Counted from the stretch's first letter, positions 47,964 through 60,891 are shown. The stretch: DNA of 64,000 nucleotides from the human T2T-CHM13v2.0 reference genome, Homo sapiens (GCF_009914755.1 NC_060945.1), one strand, 5' to 3'. Notes: generated from the letters alone by a model not told the origin. Translations and numbers: made by a program.

Positions 47964-50900
47964 CCCTGACCATTTTTTTTAATTGATCAATGATACTTGT
48001 TCTTTAAAGTCCAATCCCTGTTCAGATTCTTCCCTGCTTTGTTGTTCTATGAGTCTCTGCTGAAAATAATTGACAATCACGTACCTTTTGGTCTGACCAT
48101 CAAGACTGTGTTATAAGTGAGTTGATGTCTTTCTTGGTCATTTGGGCAGAGCCAAAGCATTCTTTCATTAAATAGTTCTTATGCTTTTTCAAGTAATGTT
48201 ACAAGGAAATTTCAGTGCCTAGAATAAGGACTAACACAAATATAACAAAATCTTACCTTAGCTGTAATGTGACTAACCCTCCTGGATATTATGCTTGGAA
48301 TCTCACAAATAAACTAGAAATACTTCATTCCTCACATCAGAATATATAGGGCCAGAATTTGGCTCATGTGATCAGACTGAAGATGAAATTTTCACTAAAC
48401 CATGAACTCTACTTGGCAATGGAAATGACACTTTTTTCAAAATGAATCACATCCTGAAAGCCATTGGTCCACACGCCCCACATCAGTATAAATCCTTGCA
48501 GAGTCTGGAGATTTATGTTTTCAGTTTGGCCTTTCTTTCGATTATTGGAGAGCTTTAATTTCTTTTCATTATTTTGGATTCCCTCATTTTTTTCCCTACT
48601 TCTAATTCTCTGCATACATCACACACCTGTATTTGTCTTTGATAATGGAAAAAAAGACTCATCACTTTTAATGCCCACTCAACATATCTTCATTATCTTG
48701 GGAATATCTTCACCAAAATATATTAAAAAGTCACTAGAGAAAAATGAATGCATATACAATGTATGAATATTGCTGGGCTAAATGGGTACCTCTATCTCAT
48801 TAGTCAGCATGGAGCCTCCTGGCTGCATGCCTACATTTCAAGCCCAGCCAGAAAAACAACAACAACAAAAACAACAAATAGATTTGAGACATCCAAATGA
48901 AAAGAAATGGTCCTTTTTCTGATTGTGTTAACATTCTACTAGTTATTTATTCATTTATGTCTTTTTCTTAGTCTTCTGCAGCAGAATCAAGCAAATCCCA
49001 TTTGTTCCTTCACTCCGCCAATATTTATTGTATACCTTCTACATACCAGGAACTATTGTAGGCACTGGAAAAAAGAATGAACAAAATCAGTAGATCTCCT
49101 GTTTTCATAACATTTGCATTCTAGAGGAAGACCAGAGACAAACAAATAAATACACAATATGTCATACAGGTAGTAAGATCTAAGGAGAAAATAATAACAA
49201 GGGAGGGTGAGAACGAAACTGTGCTCCTGGACAGTGAGGATTCTATTACATCTAGGTGTTATTTGAGTGGGAACTTGAAAGGAAAATAAAGAAGAAAGTC
49301 ACGTAAGTATCTGGGAAAGTAGTATCCTTGACGGAAAACTGAATTTACAATAAAAGCCTTCATTTATACGATCTGATTGGCACTGGCTTGAGGGGAGCCA
49401 AGTTCATTCCATTTTCAAGTAAAGAATAAGTCAGAATTATATATCCTTTAAACCACTGTATACTTTTAGAAACTCTGCAAAAGTCCTCTGAAAATATTCT
49501 TCACTTAACCCTTACTCATACTTTGCTAAACTCTTCCAACTTTGCATTACACAATTGATAACTTTAAACTAACCTACAGTACTCTAAGTTTACTTTACAT
49601 TTTTTTAATCAATGGTGGGTACATTAGTGAGCATCCACCATCAGTGAGTACATTTTATTATACTTCCTAGTTGTTTGGTTACTTGCTAAGGAAATTTTCT
49701 GCAAGTTTGCAGACTGTGGGAATATAAGGAGCACAACGAGTAAGGCCAGATGTCCTCCCTCTTGTTTAAGAGCTTAGATTTCAAGTGACACTTGTATACT
49801 TTAAGTAGAGACTGCTGCTTTTCGTAGCGGTGTGAATGTTTGCTATACCAAGATGCTGTGATCGTTCAAAGTGAATGCAAATGCCTGTCCTCACAGGCAG
49901 TCTCTAAAGGCAATCTGATAAATGCATGTAGATGTTTGAACATAAACTGAAAGCAAGAGGAAAAGAGCACTTACCAAATGGAGTAGAATACCCAATGAAT
50001 AGAGTACAAGCCATTTTGTTCTTGGAGAGAAACAATATGACTCCTTTCTTTTGGGAAGTCTGTTTCTTTTCTTTAGGTCTGAGCCCATTAAATGATTCAA
50101 TTTATGTTTAGCACTTAGACAATAAACATTATATCCCTTTCCTCTCTGACTGTAAGACCAGAAGGAAGGTGGGAGAAAAAAAGCAAAGATTTCCCGAGGT
50201 TCACAGATACCTGAATTCAAATACAGAGAATATAAATGAGAAACAACACTTTTGTCACTGAATTTAACCTGCCTTTAAACCTGATAAAGTTGCAAATTCA
50301 ACATTGATTTTTCTCTAAAAATAAATAACTTATTTTGAGGAACAGCAGATGAATTTACACCCTATAGAAATAATTTAGGATGCTGGTTCCCTAAGGTTTT
50401 TCCCAAGACTAAGAAATATTGATCAAGAGCAACAGGAAAACTCCCCAGCAAAATAATGTGAGCAGTTTGAAATTTTGTTTTCATATTTTGCCTTTATTCT
50501 CAGTATCTCCTATAAGGAGCTTAGTTGTCACTTTGACATTTATTGTCTCAATATTCACATGTATAAAATAGTGAAGAGAAAAAGTATCATTTTTAATGAT
50601 TGACAGTAACAGGGTTTAGATAAAACTTCCAAGAGCTAAGTGGATTGTTGAAGGAATTAAACAGATAATTCATGCAAAAAATTCACAGATGTGGCTGAGA
50701 TAAAAAATTGTTTATTAGGTTTTATGCCTATATATTTTAGATAATCACCTTGATTTCTTCTTTGTTCTTCATGGAGAGATACAGGCTGAGTAATTTGTGT
50801 AACATATATTACCTATATGCTGCTTTTGGTACCATGATCTGTTTAATCAACATTTATGCTTGGTTGACTTTTCTTAATTAAAAAAGGAAGATTAACTTAG

Positions 50901-51664
50901 CTATTAATTTATGACCTAAAAGTATAAGCTTCCACCTTGCCAAACTACTATCTAGTGCTTGTAAATGACTGTGTGTTTCCATTTGACTGATTTTTAGTGA
51001 CAGCATGGCATAGTGACCTTAAAAGGGATAACATGGTGATAATGTACAATAATGATATATCGAATGTTTGGTGAAAAAAAAGTAGCATACATTAGTGCAT
51101 CCCTGCTATGATTAAACTATGTTACAAGTAAGACAAGGATCGAATGGAAACCAGAGAAAATATAGGCAGGTTAGTTTGTTGCCATCGTGGGAAGTTGGAT
51201 CCAAGTAGATTTAGCTTCAACTGAAATGTATTGGATGCCTACTATGCGCCAAGCAGTCTGCCAAGTTCTTTCATCTTTTTTATCTCCTTATATCTCATCA
51301 GTCCTGCGAGAAGATTATTATTATTCTCACTTCACCAACAAATACAAAAACAACTTTCAAAGAGCAGACTCGAGATTACACAGCTTCATGAGAAACTGAA
51401 ATGTAAGCCATGGTTTCTGATTTCTTTCACACATTCCCTACGTCATGTAATGCGTTAAAAAGAAATAAATATAACTAAAACACCTAATTAGTTCAACTAC
51501 CCCCATGGCTTAAATATATACATAATATATGCTATATTTAATACATAGAGCATCACTGTCATTAGTTATGAGACTTTCAGGAATTATGTCTTATGTATAC
51601 AAATGTATTATGTATATAGCAAACCTGGAAGTGAAAATGGGTAACAGCTGTAATAGGATTGTGG

Positions 51665-52104
51665 TGGAGAGATCCAGGATATACAACTGTGAAGTCTTTT
51701 TCTGAATTCTCCTTATCTACCTAGAAGTAGAAACTTTCAAAAGAATTCAACTATCATGAATACCCCTCTGAAGGAGTCTGACGCTACGAAAAGACCGCTT
51801 GCACCTGCATAAATAACACAATTTCTCCCACTTGTTCCCCTAAGAATCTATATGTCTTTCCTAAACATGTATGTTCTTCTCATCAAAGCCTTTTCTCTCT
51901 CCTTCACTTTTTCTTTTAAATTAGGCCTATAAGACCCTAACTTTAGCTATTTAGTGAGGCCACTTCTTTTGTGTGCTCCCGTATGCATATATAAATAAAC
52001 TTTAGTTTTTATTTCTCCTGCTAATCTGTCTTTTGTCAGTTTAATCTGCAGGCCTCCAAGCCAGGAACCAAAGTGAGTACAAGAATAGTTTTCCCTCCGC
52101 AACA
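51665..52104 (+). mobile_element. 5' LTR of an ancient MER34-group ERV1 provirus
   Basis: Ends ...aatctgtcttttgtcagtttaat...ttttccctccgcaaca, followed by a PBS-like sequence; homologous to 58215-58528. Confidence 0.7.
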
Positions 52105-52107
52105 CTT

Positions 52108-52125
52108 TGGCAATGAAGATGGGAT
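52108..52125 (+). other. Degenerate primer binding site (tRNA-Ser-like)
   Basis: tggcaatgaagatgggat lies 3 nt after the LTR end; compare TGGCGACGAGGATGGGAT, the complement of the tRNA-Ser(GCT) 3' end. Confidence 0.55.
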
Positions 52126-52261
52126 GGTTGGGACTCCCCAGTCACTCTGAAGGCTGCAGCTGAGATCTCAGGATCTCTTGACCAAGCCAGCAAAGGTAAA
52201 TTTCCTTGCTGATCTCTGCTCAGCATCCAGCTGAGTGCGTGCAGTAAGAACTTGTCTTTGT

Positions 52262-53791
52262 TCAAACAGGAAAAGTTCCCTGATCCTCTCACAGGGCATG
52301 TGATGGGGGTGTGGCTTGCTTCTTCGTGCCCCACTGCTCAAACCTCTAGGGAAACTTACAGACGGGCAGGCTGTGGGGCTCTGACTCCTCGGCAGTGTCT
52401 AGGGGTGGATGTTTACAGCTCCTGAAGCCTCAGTGGGCGTGTGTCAGAGGGTGCTTAGAGGTTTGCCGTCTATCCGTCTACGGGTGGCTTATGTTAACCA
52501 GCTCAATTAGACCCTCTACCTTGTCACAAGGACAGAGGGCTGTTTCCTGAGTTCTTGCCTTGGTGTAGTGGAAGAATTGGACCACACGTGGGCTTGGAGA
52601 ATGAGTGTAAAGTTTTATTGAGTGGAAGTAGCGTTCAGCTGATGGGGCAGCCAGAAATGAGATAGTCTTCCGCTGGAGTTGGGCCACTCAGCAGCCTGGG
52701 CTCTCCTCCGACTGCCCTGGCCAAACTCCGCCTCATCTGGTTGGCCCATGGCCTGCCGGCATCTGTTGGTGTGCTCCTCCGCCAGCGTGCTTCCCCGCCA
52801 GCATGGTCCCCGACAGGTGCTCCTCCGCCAGCGTGGTCCTCGGCTAGGTGCTCCTCTGCCAGCGTGCTCCCCCGCCAGATGCTCCTCTGCCAGCGGGGTC
52901 CTCAGTCAGGTGCTCCTCTGCCAGCGTGCTCCCCCGCCAGGTGCTCCTCTGCCAGCGTGATCCTCGGCCAGGTGCTCCTCCACCACTGTGCTCCCCCGCC
53001 AGCGTGCTCCTCTGTCAGGTGCTCCCCCGCCAGGTGCTCCTCTGCCAGCATGCTCCCCCGCCAGCATGCTCCTCTGCCAGGTGCTCCCCCACCAGGTGCT
53101 CCTCCTTCAGATGCTCCTCCAGCAGGTGCTCCCCCGCCAGCGTGCTCCTCCACCAGCGTGCTCCTCCTCCAGCGTGCTCCTCCACCAGGTGCTCCTCCAC
53201 CAGCGTGCTCCTCCACTGCTCCTCCGCCAGCGTGCTCATGCGCCAGGTGCTCCTTCGCCAGCGTGCTCCTCCGCCAGGTGCTCCTCCTCCAGGTGCTCCC
53301 CCACCAGCGTGCTCCTCCGCCAGGTGCTCCTCCACCAGCGTGCTCCTCCACTGCTCCTCCGCCAGCGTGCTCATCCGCCAGGTGCTCCTTTGCCAGCGTG
53401 CTCCTCCACTGCTCTTCTGCCAGCGTGCTCCTCCGCCAGGTGCTTCTCCGCTAGGTGCTCCTCTGCTAGGTGCTCCCCTGCTAGGTGCTCCCCTCGACGT
53501 CTTGTCCCCGTCCAGCTGCTTGTGTCTTCTTCCGCTGATGTGCTCCTCTCCACACCCGGCCGCCTGTGTGTCTGCCCGCTAGGGTCTCAGGTTTTTATAG
53601 GCTCAGGATGGGGGCATGGCAGGCCGGGGTGGTCTCGGAAAATGCAACATTTGGGTACAAAAGCAGGGGTGCCTGTCCTCACCCAGGTCCGTGGGAGTAG
53701 AGCCCTTGCCAGGGACCACACCGCACTTCCCTCTCCCCTTCAGTATCATTTAAAGGGACCATGGTCTTCCCTTCCCAGTACTACCATATCA
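52262..53791 (-). mobile_element. LTR1-family (ERV1) solo LTR with internal VNTR expansion
   Basis: Minus strand starts tgatatggtagtactgggaagggaagaccatggtccctttaaatga; TATAAAAA at 53592-53599; AATAAA at 52614-52619; 4-bp TSD ttgt at 52258-52261 / 53792-53795. Confidence 0.85.
52768..53495. repeat. GC-rich minisatellite, ~16-bp unit gtgctcctc(c/t)gccag(c/g), about 45 copies
   Basis: Read directly; variant units and higher-order duplicated blocks are present. Confidence 0.95.
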
Positions 53792-54721
53792 TTGTCTTTT
53801 CTTTACAATATTTAGATTAGCTGGAGAAAACACTTATGGGAAATAGTTATTTGGGTATTGTGACTTTTAGTTTGCGTTCTCTTGTTATAGATCCTTTTGC
53901 TCACAGGGATAGTCATTGTGCCCTGTTTGTCTTGTTTTGTGTCTTGAAAGCTTGGCTTGGATTTAGTAAGAGAGTTCTCTCTCTCTGGTTTTCTGCCTGC
54001 CAGGAGTACAGGTTGCCAAGTCTGTGCTAAGAGATGGCCAAACATCAGATTGGGATCCCAAGAATTTGTAGTTAGCTGGATAAAAATCTGGGTAGCCCGG
54101 GCATTCCATTTGTTGCTGGCATTCTATCCACCATTGCTAATTTTCAGCAGTTTCATCACAGAAAGACAGAGACTTAGAAGTGGTGTTTATAGAAGTGGCT
54201 TGAGAAACGACCTTAGATTCCAGGGGCTGTATGTTCTGCACCCTTTCTGGGAATGCCTCTTGTGTCCCCACTGTTAAGCCACAGAAAGTCTTACTACTTC
54301 TGAGTCGCATTTTGGAACAGGTATACCTTTGGAGATCCTAAATCATGAATGGCCAGATGACAGATCCTTTGATCTGAAAAAGCTTTTATATTTAAAAGGA
54401 TTTTTAGAGAGCTTCCCCCCTAAACAAATGACCTGTTTGTACCTATGGAAAAATCAAATTAAAAGAAGAAGAAGAGTATCATGGCTAGCCTAAAAGGATC
54501 CCTTGGCAAAATTAAATAGCAGAAATCACATTTACAACAAAAATTGAAATCCACACAGACCATAAACCCTTCCACTGACAGTTATTCTGTAGTTGTGCCA
54601 CAAGCCAGATGGCCCCCTGAAAAAAATTCTCCTCACCAACATAACAAATGGCCAGACCCTTTTCTAGGCCTTCCTGTAAATAATCAGAAGTTGGCTGATT
54701 TGGAGGCTGATATTCAGGGCC

Positions 54722-55069
54722 TGATATGGTTTGGTCCCCACTCAAATCTCAAGTTGAATTGAATATCCCAGAATTCCCACGTGTTTTGGGAGGGACCCAG
54801 AGGGAGGTAATTGAATCATGGGGGCCAGTTTTTCCCATGCCATTCTTGTGATAGTGAATAAGTCTCACAAGATCTGATAGTTTATCAGGGGTTTCTGCTT
54901 TTGCTTCTTCCTCATTTTCTCTTGCCACCACCATGTAAGAAGTACCTTTCACCTCCCGCCATGATTCTGAGGCCTCCCCAACCATGTGGAACTGTAAGTC
55001 CATTTAATCCTCTTTTTCTTCCCAGTCTTGGGTATGTCTTTATCAGCAGCATAAAAAAGGTCTGATACA
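54722..55069 (+). mobile_element. THE1 (A/B-like) solo LTR
   Basis: tgatatggtttgg...ctgataca; perfect 5-bp TSD gggcc at 54717-54721 / 55070-55074. Confidence 0.93.
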
Positions 55070-55662
55070 GGGCCTGATGGGAGTTATTTTAGAAGCCTTC
55101 CCTCTGAAGTCTGCTTGGACTAACATGGAACTATGTATTCCGAAGGAGGGTCTCATCCCAAAACCTGTGTCAAACAATTGGCACATAGCTCTAAATCCAG
55201 AAGCCCTAGAACATAGAAATCTTTTGATTTCTACCTTAGTTAGAAGTCTTCTTCCTTAGATGTAAAGAAACAATTAAAAAAAAAATCAGGTATAAGCCAC
55301 AAAGTGTTGTGTCTTTAACAAAAGAGACTGCCTCAGAGAACCTTAGAAAGGACTGTGACAGATACTGTGTGGTACAGGCTTCTGATGACATCACTTAAAT
55401 AACTTTAAGATTATACCACTGACCTAAGTAAAAGAAAATTCAGAACTTATGGAGATGCTGATAGGTCATAAAACCACTAACCCAAGATCAAGCAAAACAA
55501 GAATTACATGAAATTGAATGAACTGATGAAAAATGATTATCATTTTGCTTGTGACTCTTGCTCAAAATATTGCTAGCTGTTTAGTATTCTGTTTTCTGGA
55601 TATAAGGAATCCCTTTCCTTTTCTCTCCAGCTATCTAGAAATCAAAACAATTTAGTAGATTA

Positions 55663-56111
55663 TATTCACAATAGCAAAGTCACAGAATCAACCTAAGTGT
55701 CTACCCTAAGTGGATGATTGAATAAAGAAAATATGTTATATATACACTATGAAATAGTATGCAGCCATATAAAAGAATGAAATCATGTCTATTGCAGCAA
55801 CATGGATGGAGATGTAGGCCATTATCCTAAGTGAAATAACTCAGAAACAGAAAATCAAATATTGTACATTCTCACGTATCAGTGGAAACTAAACAATGGG
55901 TACACATGAATGCACAGAAGGAAATAATAGACACTAGGAACTCCAAAAGTGAGGATGTTGGGAGAAGGCATGAGAAATGGAAAATTACCTGTTGGGTACA
56001 ATATTCATTATTCAGGTTCTGGGTACACTAGAAGCCCAAACCCCACCACTACACAATATATCTACGTAACAAACCTTCACATGTACCTCCTGAATTTAAA
56101 TTTATTTTTTT
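55663..56111 (+). mobile_element. 5'-truncated old L1 (L1PB/L1MA-like) 3' end
   Basis: L1 3'UTR; 14-bp TSD aatttagtagatta at 55649-55662 / 56112-56125. Confidence 0.88.
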
Positions 56112-56377
56112 AATTTAGTAGATTAAACTTTGTCAACAAAAATAAAGCATTTATCTTTTTCTCTCTACCTAATCCTGTCAGAAATTGGAGGATACTTTTG
56201 AGTATTTTTATTTTTCTGTAAATATAGTTATTTGCATAAATTTAATAATAATCTGTTCTCCTTGTAATAGAATGTCTTTGTTTTGTGCTGCTGTAATAGA
56301 ATATCTGAGACTGAGTAAAAGCAAAAATTTATTTCCTCACATTTCAGGAGGCTGTGAAGTCCAAGATCAAGGTTCTA

Positions 56378-57925
56378 TGTATTTGTTTGGTCTCACATTA
56401 CTATAAGGAAATACCCAAGATTGGGTAATTTGTAAAGGAAAGAGGTTTAATTGAATCACAGTTTATCATGGCTGGTGAGGCCTCAGGAAACTTACAATCA
56501 TGGTGGAAGGCAAAGGGGAAGGAAGGCACCTTCTTCATAAGGCAGCAGGAAGAAGTGCTGAGCAAAGGAGGAAAAGTCCCTTATAAAACCATCAGATAAG
56601 GAGAGAACTCACTCAGTATCACAAGAACAGCATGAAAGAAACCACACTCATGATTCAATTACCTACACCTGGTCTCTCCCTTGACACTTAGAGATTATGG
56701 GAAATATAATTCAAGATGAGATTTGAGTGGGGACACAAAGCCTAACCATATCATTCCACTCCTGACCCTTCCCAAATCTCATGTTTCATTCACATTTCAA
56801 AACCAATTATGCCTTCCCAACAGTCCCCCAAAGTCTTAATTCATTCCAGCATTAACCCAAAAGTCCAAGTTTAAAGTCTCATCTGAGAAAAGGCAAGTCT
56901 CTTCCACCTATGAGACTGTAAAATCAAAGCAAGTTAGTTGCTTCCTAGATACAATGGGAGTAAAGGCATTGGGTAAATACACCCATTCCAAATGGGAGAA
57001 ATTGGCCAGAATGAAAGGGCTACAGGCCCCATGGAAGTCCAAAATCCAGCAACACAGTAATTAAAGCTTAAAGCTCTAAAATGATCTCCTTTGACTCCAT
57101 GTCTCACATCCAAGTCATGCTGATGCAAGAGGTGGGCTCCCATGATCTTGGGCAGCTCTGTCCCTGTGGCTTTACAGGTTACAGCCCCCCTCCCAGCTGC
57201 TAGTACAGGCTGACATTGAGTGTCTGCAGCTTCTCCAGGTGCATGATGCAAGCTGTCAGTGGATCTGCCATTCTGGGGTCTGGAGGATGGTGGCTGTCTT
57301 CTCACAGTTCCACTAGGCAGTGCCCCCATGGGGACTCTGTGTGGGAGCTCCCATCCCACATTTCCCTTCTGCACTGCGCTAGCAGAGGTACTCCACAAGG
57401 GCTCCACCCCTGTGGCACACCTCTGCCTTGACATCCAGACGTTTCCATGCATCCTCTGAAAAATATAGGTGGGGGTTCCCAAACCTCCAAATGGTGGCTT
57501 CCATGCAGAGTTGACTTCTGTGCACCCCCAGGCCCAACTCTGCATGGAAGCCACCAAGGCTTGGGGCTTGCACCCTCTGAAGCAATGACCTGAGCTCTAT
57601 GTTGGTCCCTTTTAGCCAGGGCTAGTACACAGAGCACCAAGTTCTAAGACTGCACAAAGAAGCAAGGCCCTGGGCCTGGCCCAGGAAACCATTTATTCTT
57701 CTTAGGCCTCTGGGCCTGTGATGGGAGGGGCTGCCATGAAGTCTTCTGACATGCCCCAGAGACATTTTCCCCATTGCCTTGGCAATTCACATTTGGCCCC
57801 TTGTTACTTATGCAAATTTCTGCAGCTGGCTTGACTTTCTCCCTAGAAAATGAGTTTTTCTTTTTTGTCACATCATCAGACTGCAAATGTTTTAATCTTT
57901 TATGCTCTGCTCCTCTTTTAAACAA
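56378..57925 (-). mobile_element. THE1/MST LTR (56378-56752) plus MaLR internal sequence
   Basis: LTR ends cctaaccatatca, followed by ttccactcctgaccc...cccaaatctcatg typical of THE1/MST-int. Confidence 0.88.
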
Positions 57926-58218
57926 GAAGGGAGCTGATTGGATCATGGGGGCATGAGATATGCTATTCTCATAATAATGAGTGAGTTCTCACAAGATCTG
58001 ATGATTTCATAAGTGTTTGAAGTTCCTTCTTCATTCTCTCTCCTGCCACCATGTGAAGAATTGAAGAAGGTTCTTGCTTCCCCTTTGCCTCCCACCATGA
58101 TTTTAAGTTCTCTAAGGCCTCCCCAGACATGTGGAACTGTGAGTCAATTAAAACTGTTTCCTGTATAAATTACCTAGTCTAGGACATTTCTTTATAGCAG
58201 TGTGAAAATGAACTACTG
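57926..58218 (+). mobile_element. Partial THE1/MST LTR in the opposite orientation
   Basis: gattggatcatgggggc...cacaagatctgatg...tctttatagcagtgtgaaaatgaacta. Confidence 0.8.
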
Positions 58219-58528
58219 TTACACACCTGCATACACATTATCATAAACTGTATTTCCCATATGTTCCTCCAAAATCCATTTGTCTTTCCTAAAGAAATTC
58301 ATGTTTTCTTCTCATAGAAGTCTTTTTATCTTCCTTCTCTTTTTAAACGAGGTACATAAACCTCTACCTTTAGCCATTTAGTGAGCCACTTCTTTTGTGC
58401 GCTCCCACATGCATATGAATCAACTTTCTGATTTTGTTTTCTCTTGCTAGTCTGTCTTTTGTCAGGTTAATCTGGGGGTCCCAACCACTGAACTTAAATA
58501 GGGAGAGGAAACTTTTACTTCCCAGACA
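58219..58528 (+). mobile_element. 3' LTR (partial) of the MER34-group provirus
   Basis: tttagtgagccacttcttttgtgcgctccc...ctgtcttttgtcagg matches 51950-52045. Confidence 0.7.
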
Positions 58529-59442
58529 ATGGTTGAGCATTTAGTTCTCAAAAAAAAGGCAGGGGACCAGCAGAATTAAAGAGAGCAAATAGATAATGAT
58601 GCCTGCTGAAGACAAAAAAGAAGTGGAACAAAGGAAAAATGTAGAAAGAGCAGAAGGTCAAGAGAAACATGGCATTCTTTAGTTGGTATTAAAACAAGCC
58701 TATAGACTAGACATTACATAAATAAATATGGCATAATAAAACTCAGTAAACTAAAGTCAACTCCTTATCTACATAGACCACTGAAAAAGTAAGAGTTGGA
58801 ATCAGAAGAACTTGTGTGACCCAAAACTATTTAGGAAATAGAATACTTATCTAATGGCTGTATTTAATTCCTTTCAAAAGGATAGAATGATAAAATTTAT
58901 TGTTTCCTACTGTTCCAACACGATCATTACAAAATTTTCTGTATAAACTGGAACTTTCAAATTTCATGCTCGAACTAAATCTGATATGAAGATGACTGTG
59001 GCCCCTTGGGAAGAATTATGATCCAACAATGAGAAGCCTTGGCCTTCATCTTTATGGTACATACATCATTCATTATAGATATCTATGTTTCATAATAGAC
59101 CTTGCCAGTATGAATTGTATTTCTAGCACTAGGCTGATAAAACTGACACCTCAGCCTTCCAAAGTGATATCTAAATATGGAATGCAGAGGCAATTATTGT
59201 GACCTATGGCTACAAACATAAACATTCCACATAACCCTCCACCACCACGACACCTACAAATGCACAAATTACCATGGATATGTCATTTCCTAAGGTTGAA
59301 TTATGGGCCAGCCTACCCACAGGACAAGAAGAAGCACCCTAAGATTAATTAATTTGCATAAATTCTGAGGTGTTTTCCTCCCAAAGTTTATGCCCACATT
59401 GGCCTTCCTGACTCACAGTTAAACCTCTCTTTGGGATAAAAT

Positions 59443-60510
59443 AAGGCATGGGCAAAGCCTTCATAACTAAAACACCAAAAGCAATGGCAACAAAAGCCAA
59501 AATTGACAAATGGAATCTAATTAAATAAAGAGCTTCTGCACAGCAAAAAAAACTATCATCAGAGTGAACAGGCAACCTACAGAATGAGAGAATTTTTTTG
59601 CAATCTATCCATCTGAAAAAGGGCTAATATCCAGAATCTACAAAGAGCTTATACAAATTTACAAGGAAAAAAAACCCATCAAAAGGTGGGTGAAGGATAT
59701 GAACAGACACTTCTCAAAAGAAGATATTTATGCAGCCAACAAACATATAAAAAAAGCTCATTTTCACTGGTCATTAAAGAAATGCAAATCAAAACCACAA
59801 TGAGATACCATCTCACACCAGTTAGAATGGCGATCATTAAAAAAGTCAGGAAACAACAGATGCTGGAGAGGATGTGGAGAAATAGGAATGCTTTTACACT
59901 GTTGGTGGAAGCGTAAATTAGTTCAACCATTGTGGAAGACAGTATGGCAATTCCTCAAGGATCTAGAGCCAGAAATACAATTTGACCCAGCAATCCCATT
60001 ACTGGGTATATACCCAAAGGATTATAAAACATTCTACTATAAAGACACATGCACATGTATGTTTACTGCAGCACTATTCACAATAGCAAAGACTTGGAAC
60101 CAACCAAAATGCCAATCAATGATACACTGGATAAAGAAAATGTGGCACATATATACCATGGAATACCATGCAGCCATAAAAAAGGATGAGTTCATGTCCT
60201 TTGCAGAGACATGGATGAAACTGGAAACCATCATCCCCAGCAAACTAACACAGGAACAGAAAGCCAAACACTGCATGTTCTCACTCACAAGTGGGAGTTG
60301 AACAATGAGAACACATGGACACAGGGAGGGGAATATCACACACCGGGGCCTGTCAGGGGGTGGGGGCCTAGGGGAGGGGTAGCATTAGGAGAAATACCTA
60401 ATGTAGATGATGGGTTGGGATGCAGCAAACACCATAGCTCATGTATACCTATGTAACAAACCTGCATGTTCTGCACATGTACCCCAGAACTTAAAGTACA
60501 ATTAAAAAAA
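59443..60510 (+). mobile_element. 5'-truncated L1PA (older, L1PA7/8-like)
   Basis: ORF2 C-terminus, 3'UTR and A-tail; short possible TSD aaaata. Confidence 0.92.
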
Positions 60511-60891
60511 ATACCTATCCTCAGATTGAATTATGCTGTAAATGTGAAAGAACCTGTCTCAGTGCTAGCTACATAGAACAACTTCAATAAATATTTGCTG
60601 AAAAAGTGAGCCATGCCTCCAAATAAACGCCCTAGACAATTACAGACAGAGCTAGCATATTACGACCACTTGATAACCACTGTTGATTGTACAATTATCT
60701 TTTCTACTCCTTCAAGCATATGGAGCAGCACAGAGCTTTGTCACCATTTTCTCCACTTATCCTGCCTAATTGCCTCATAAACTTTGCTCCATGAATAATC
60801 CTATATTAGTCTGGTATTTTCAATCACTTATTCTCCAGTGTCTTTCTCTCTCAGGCCAAAATATGGTTGGGGCTCTCACATACTTAAATGA

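Noticed and set aside
52768-53495. Repeat array as a CRISPR-like locus
   Set aside because: Units are contiguous with no unique spacers, there are no cas genes, and the context is a primate LTR.
56095-56112. T-rich instead of A-rich tail on the L1 fragment
   Set aside because: Old L1 tails commonly decay this way, and the TSD is otherwise normal.
56934-57557. 207-aa ORF as a gene
   Set aside because: It lies entirely in THE1/MST internal sequence, a degenerate MaLR ORF remnant.
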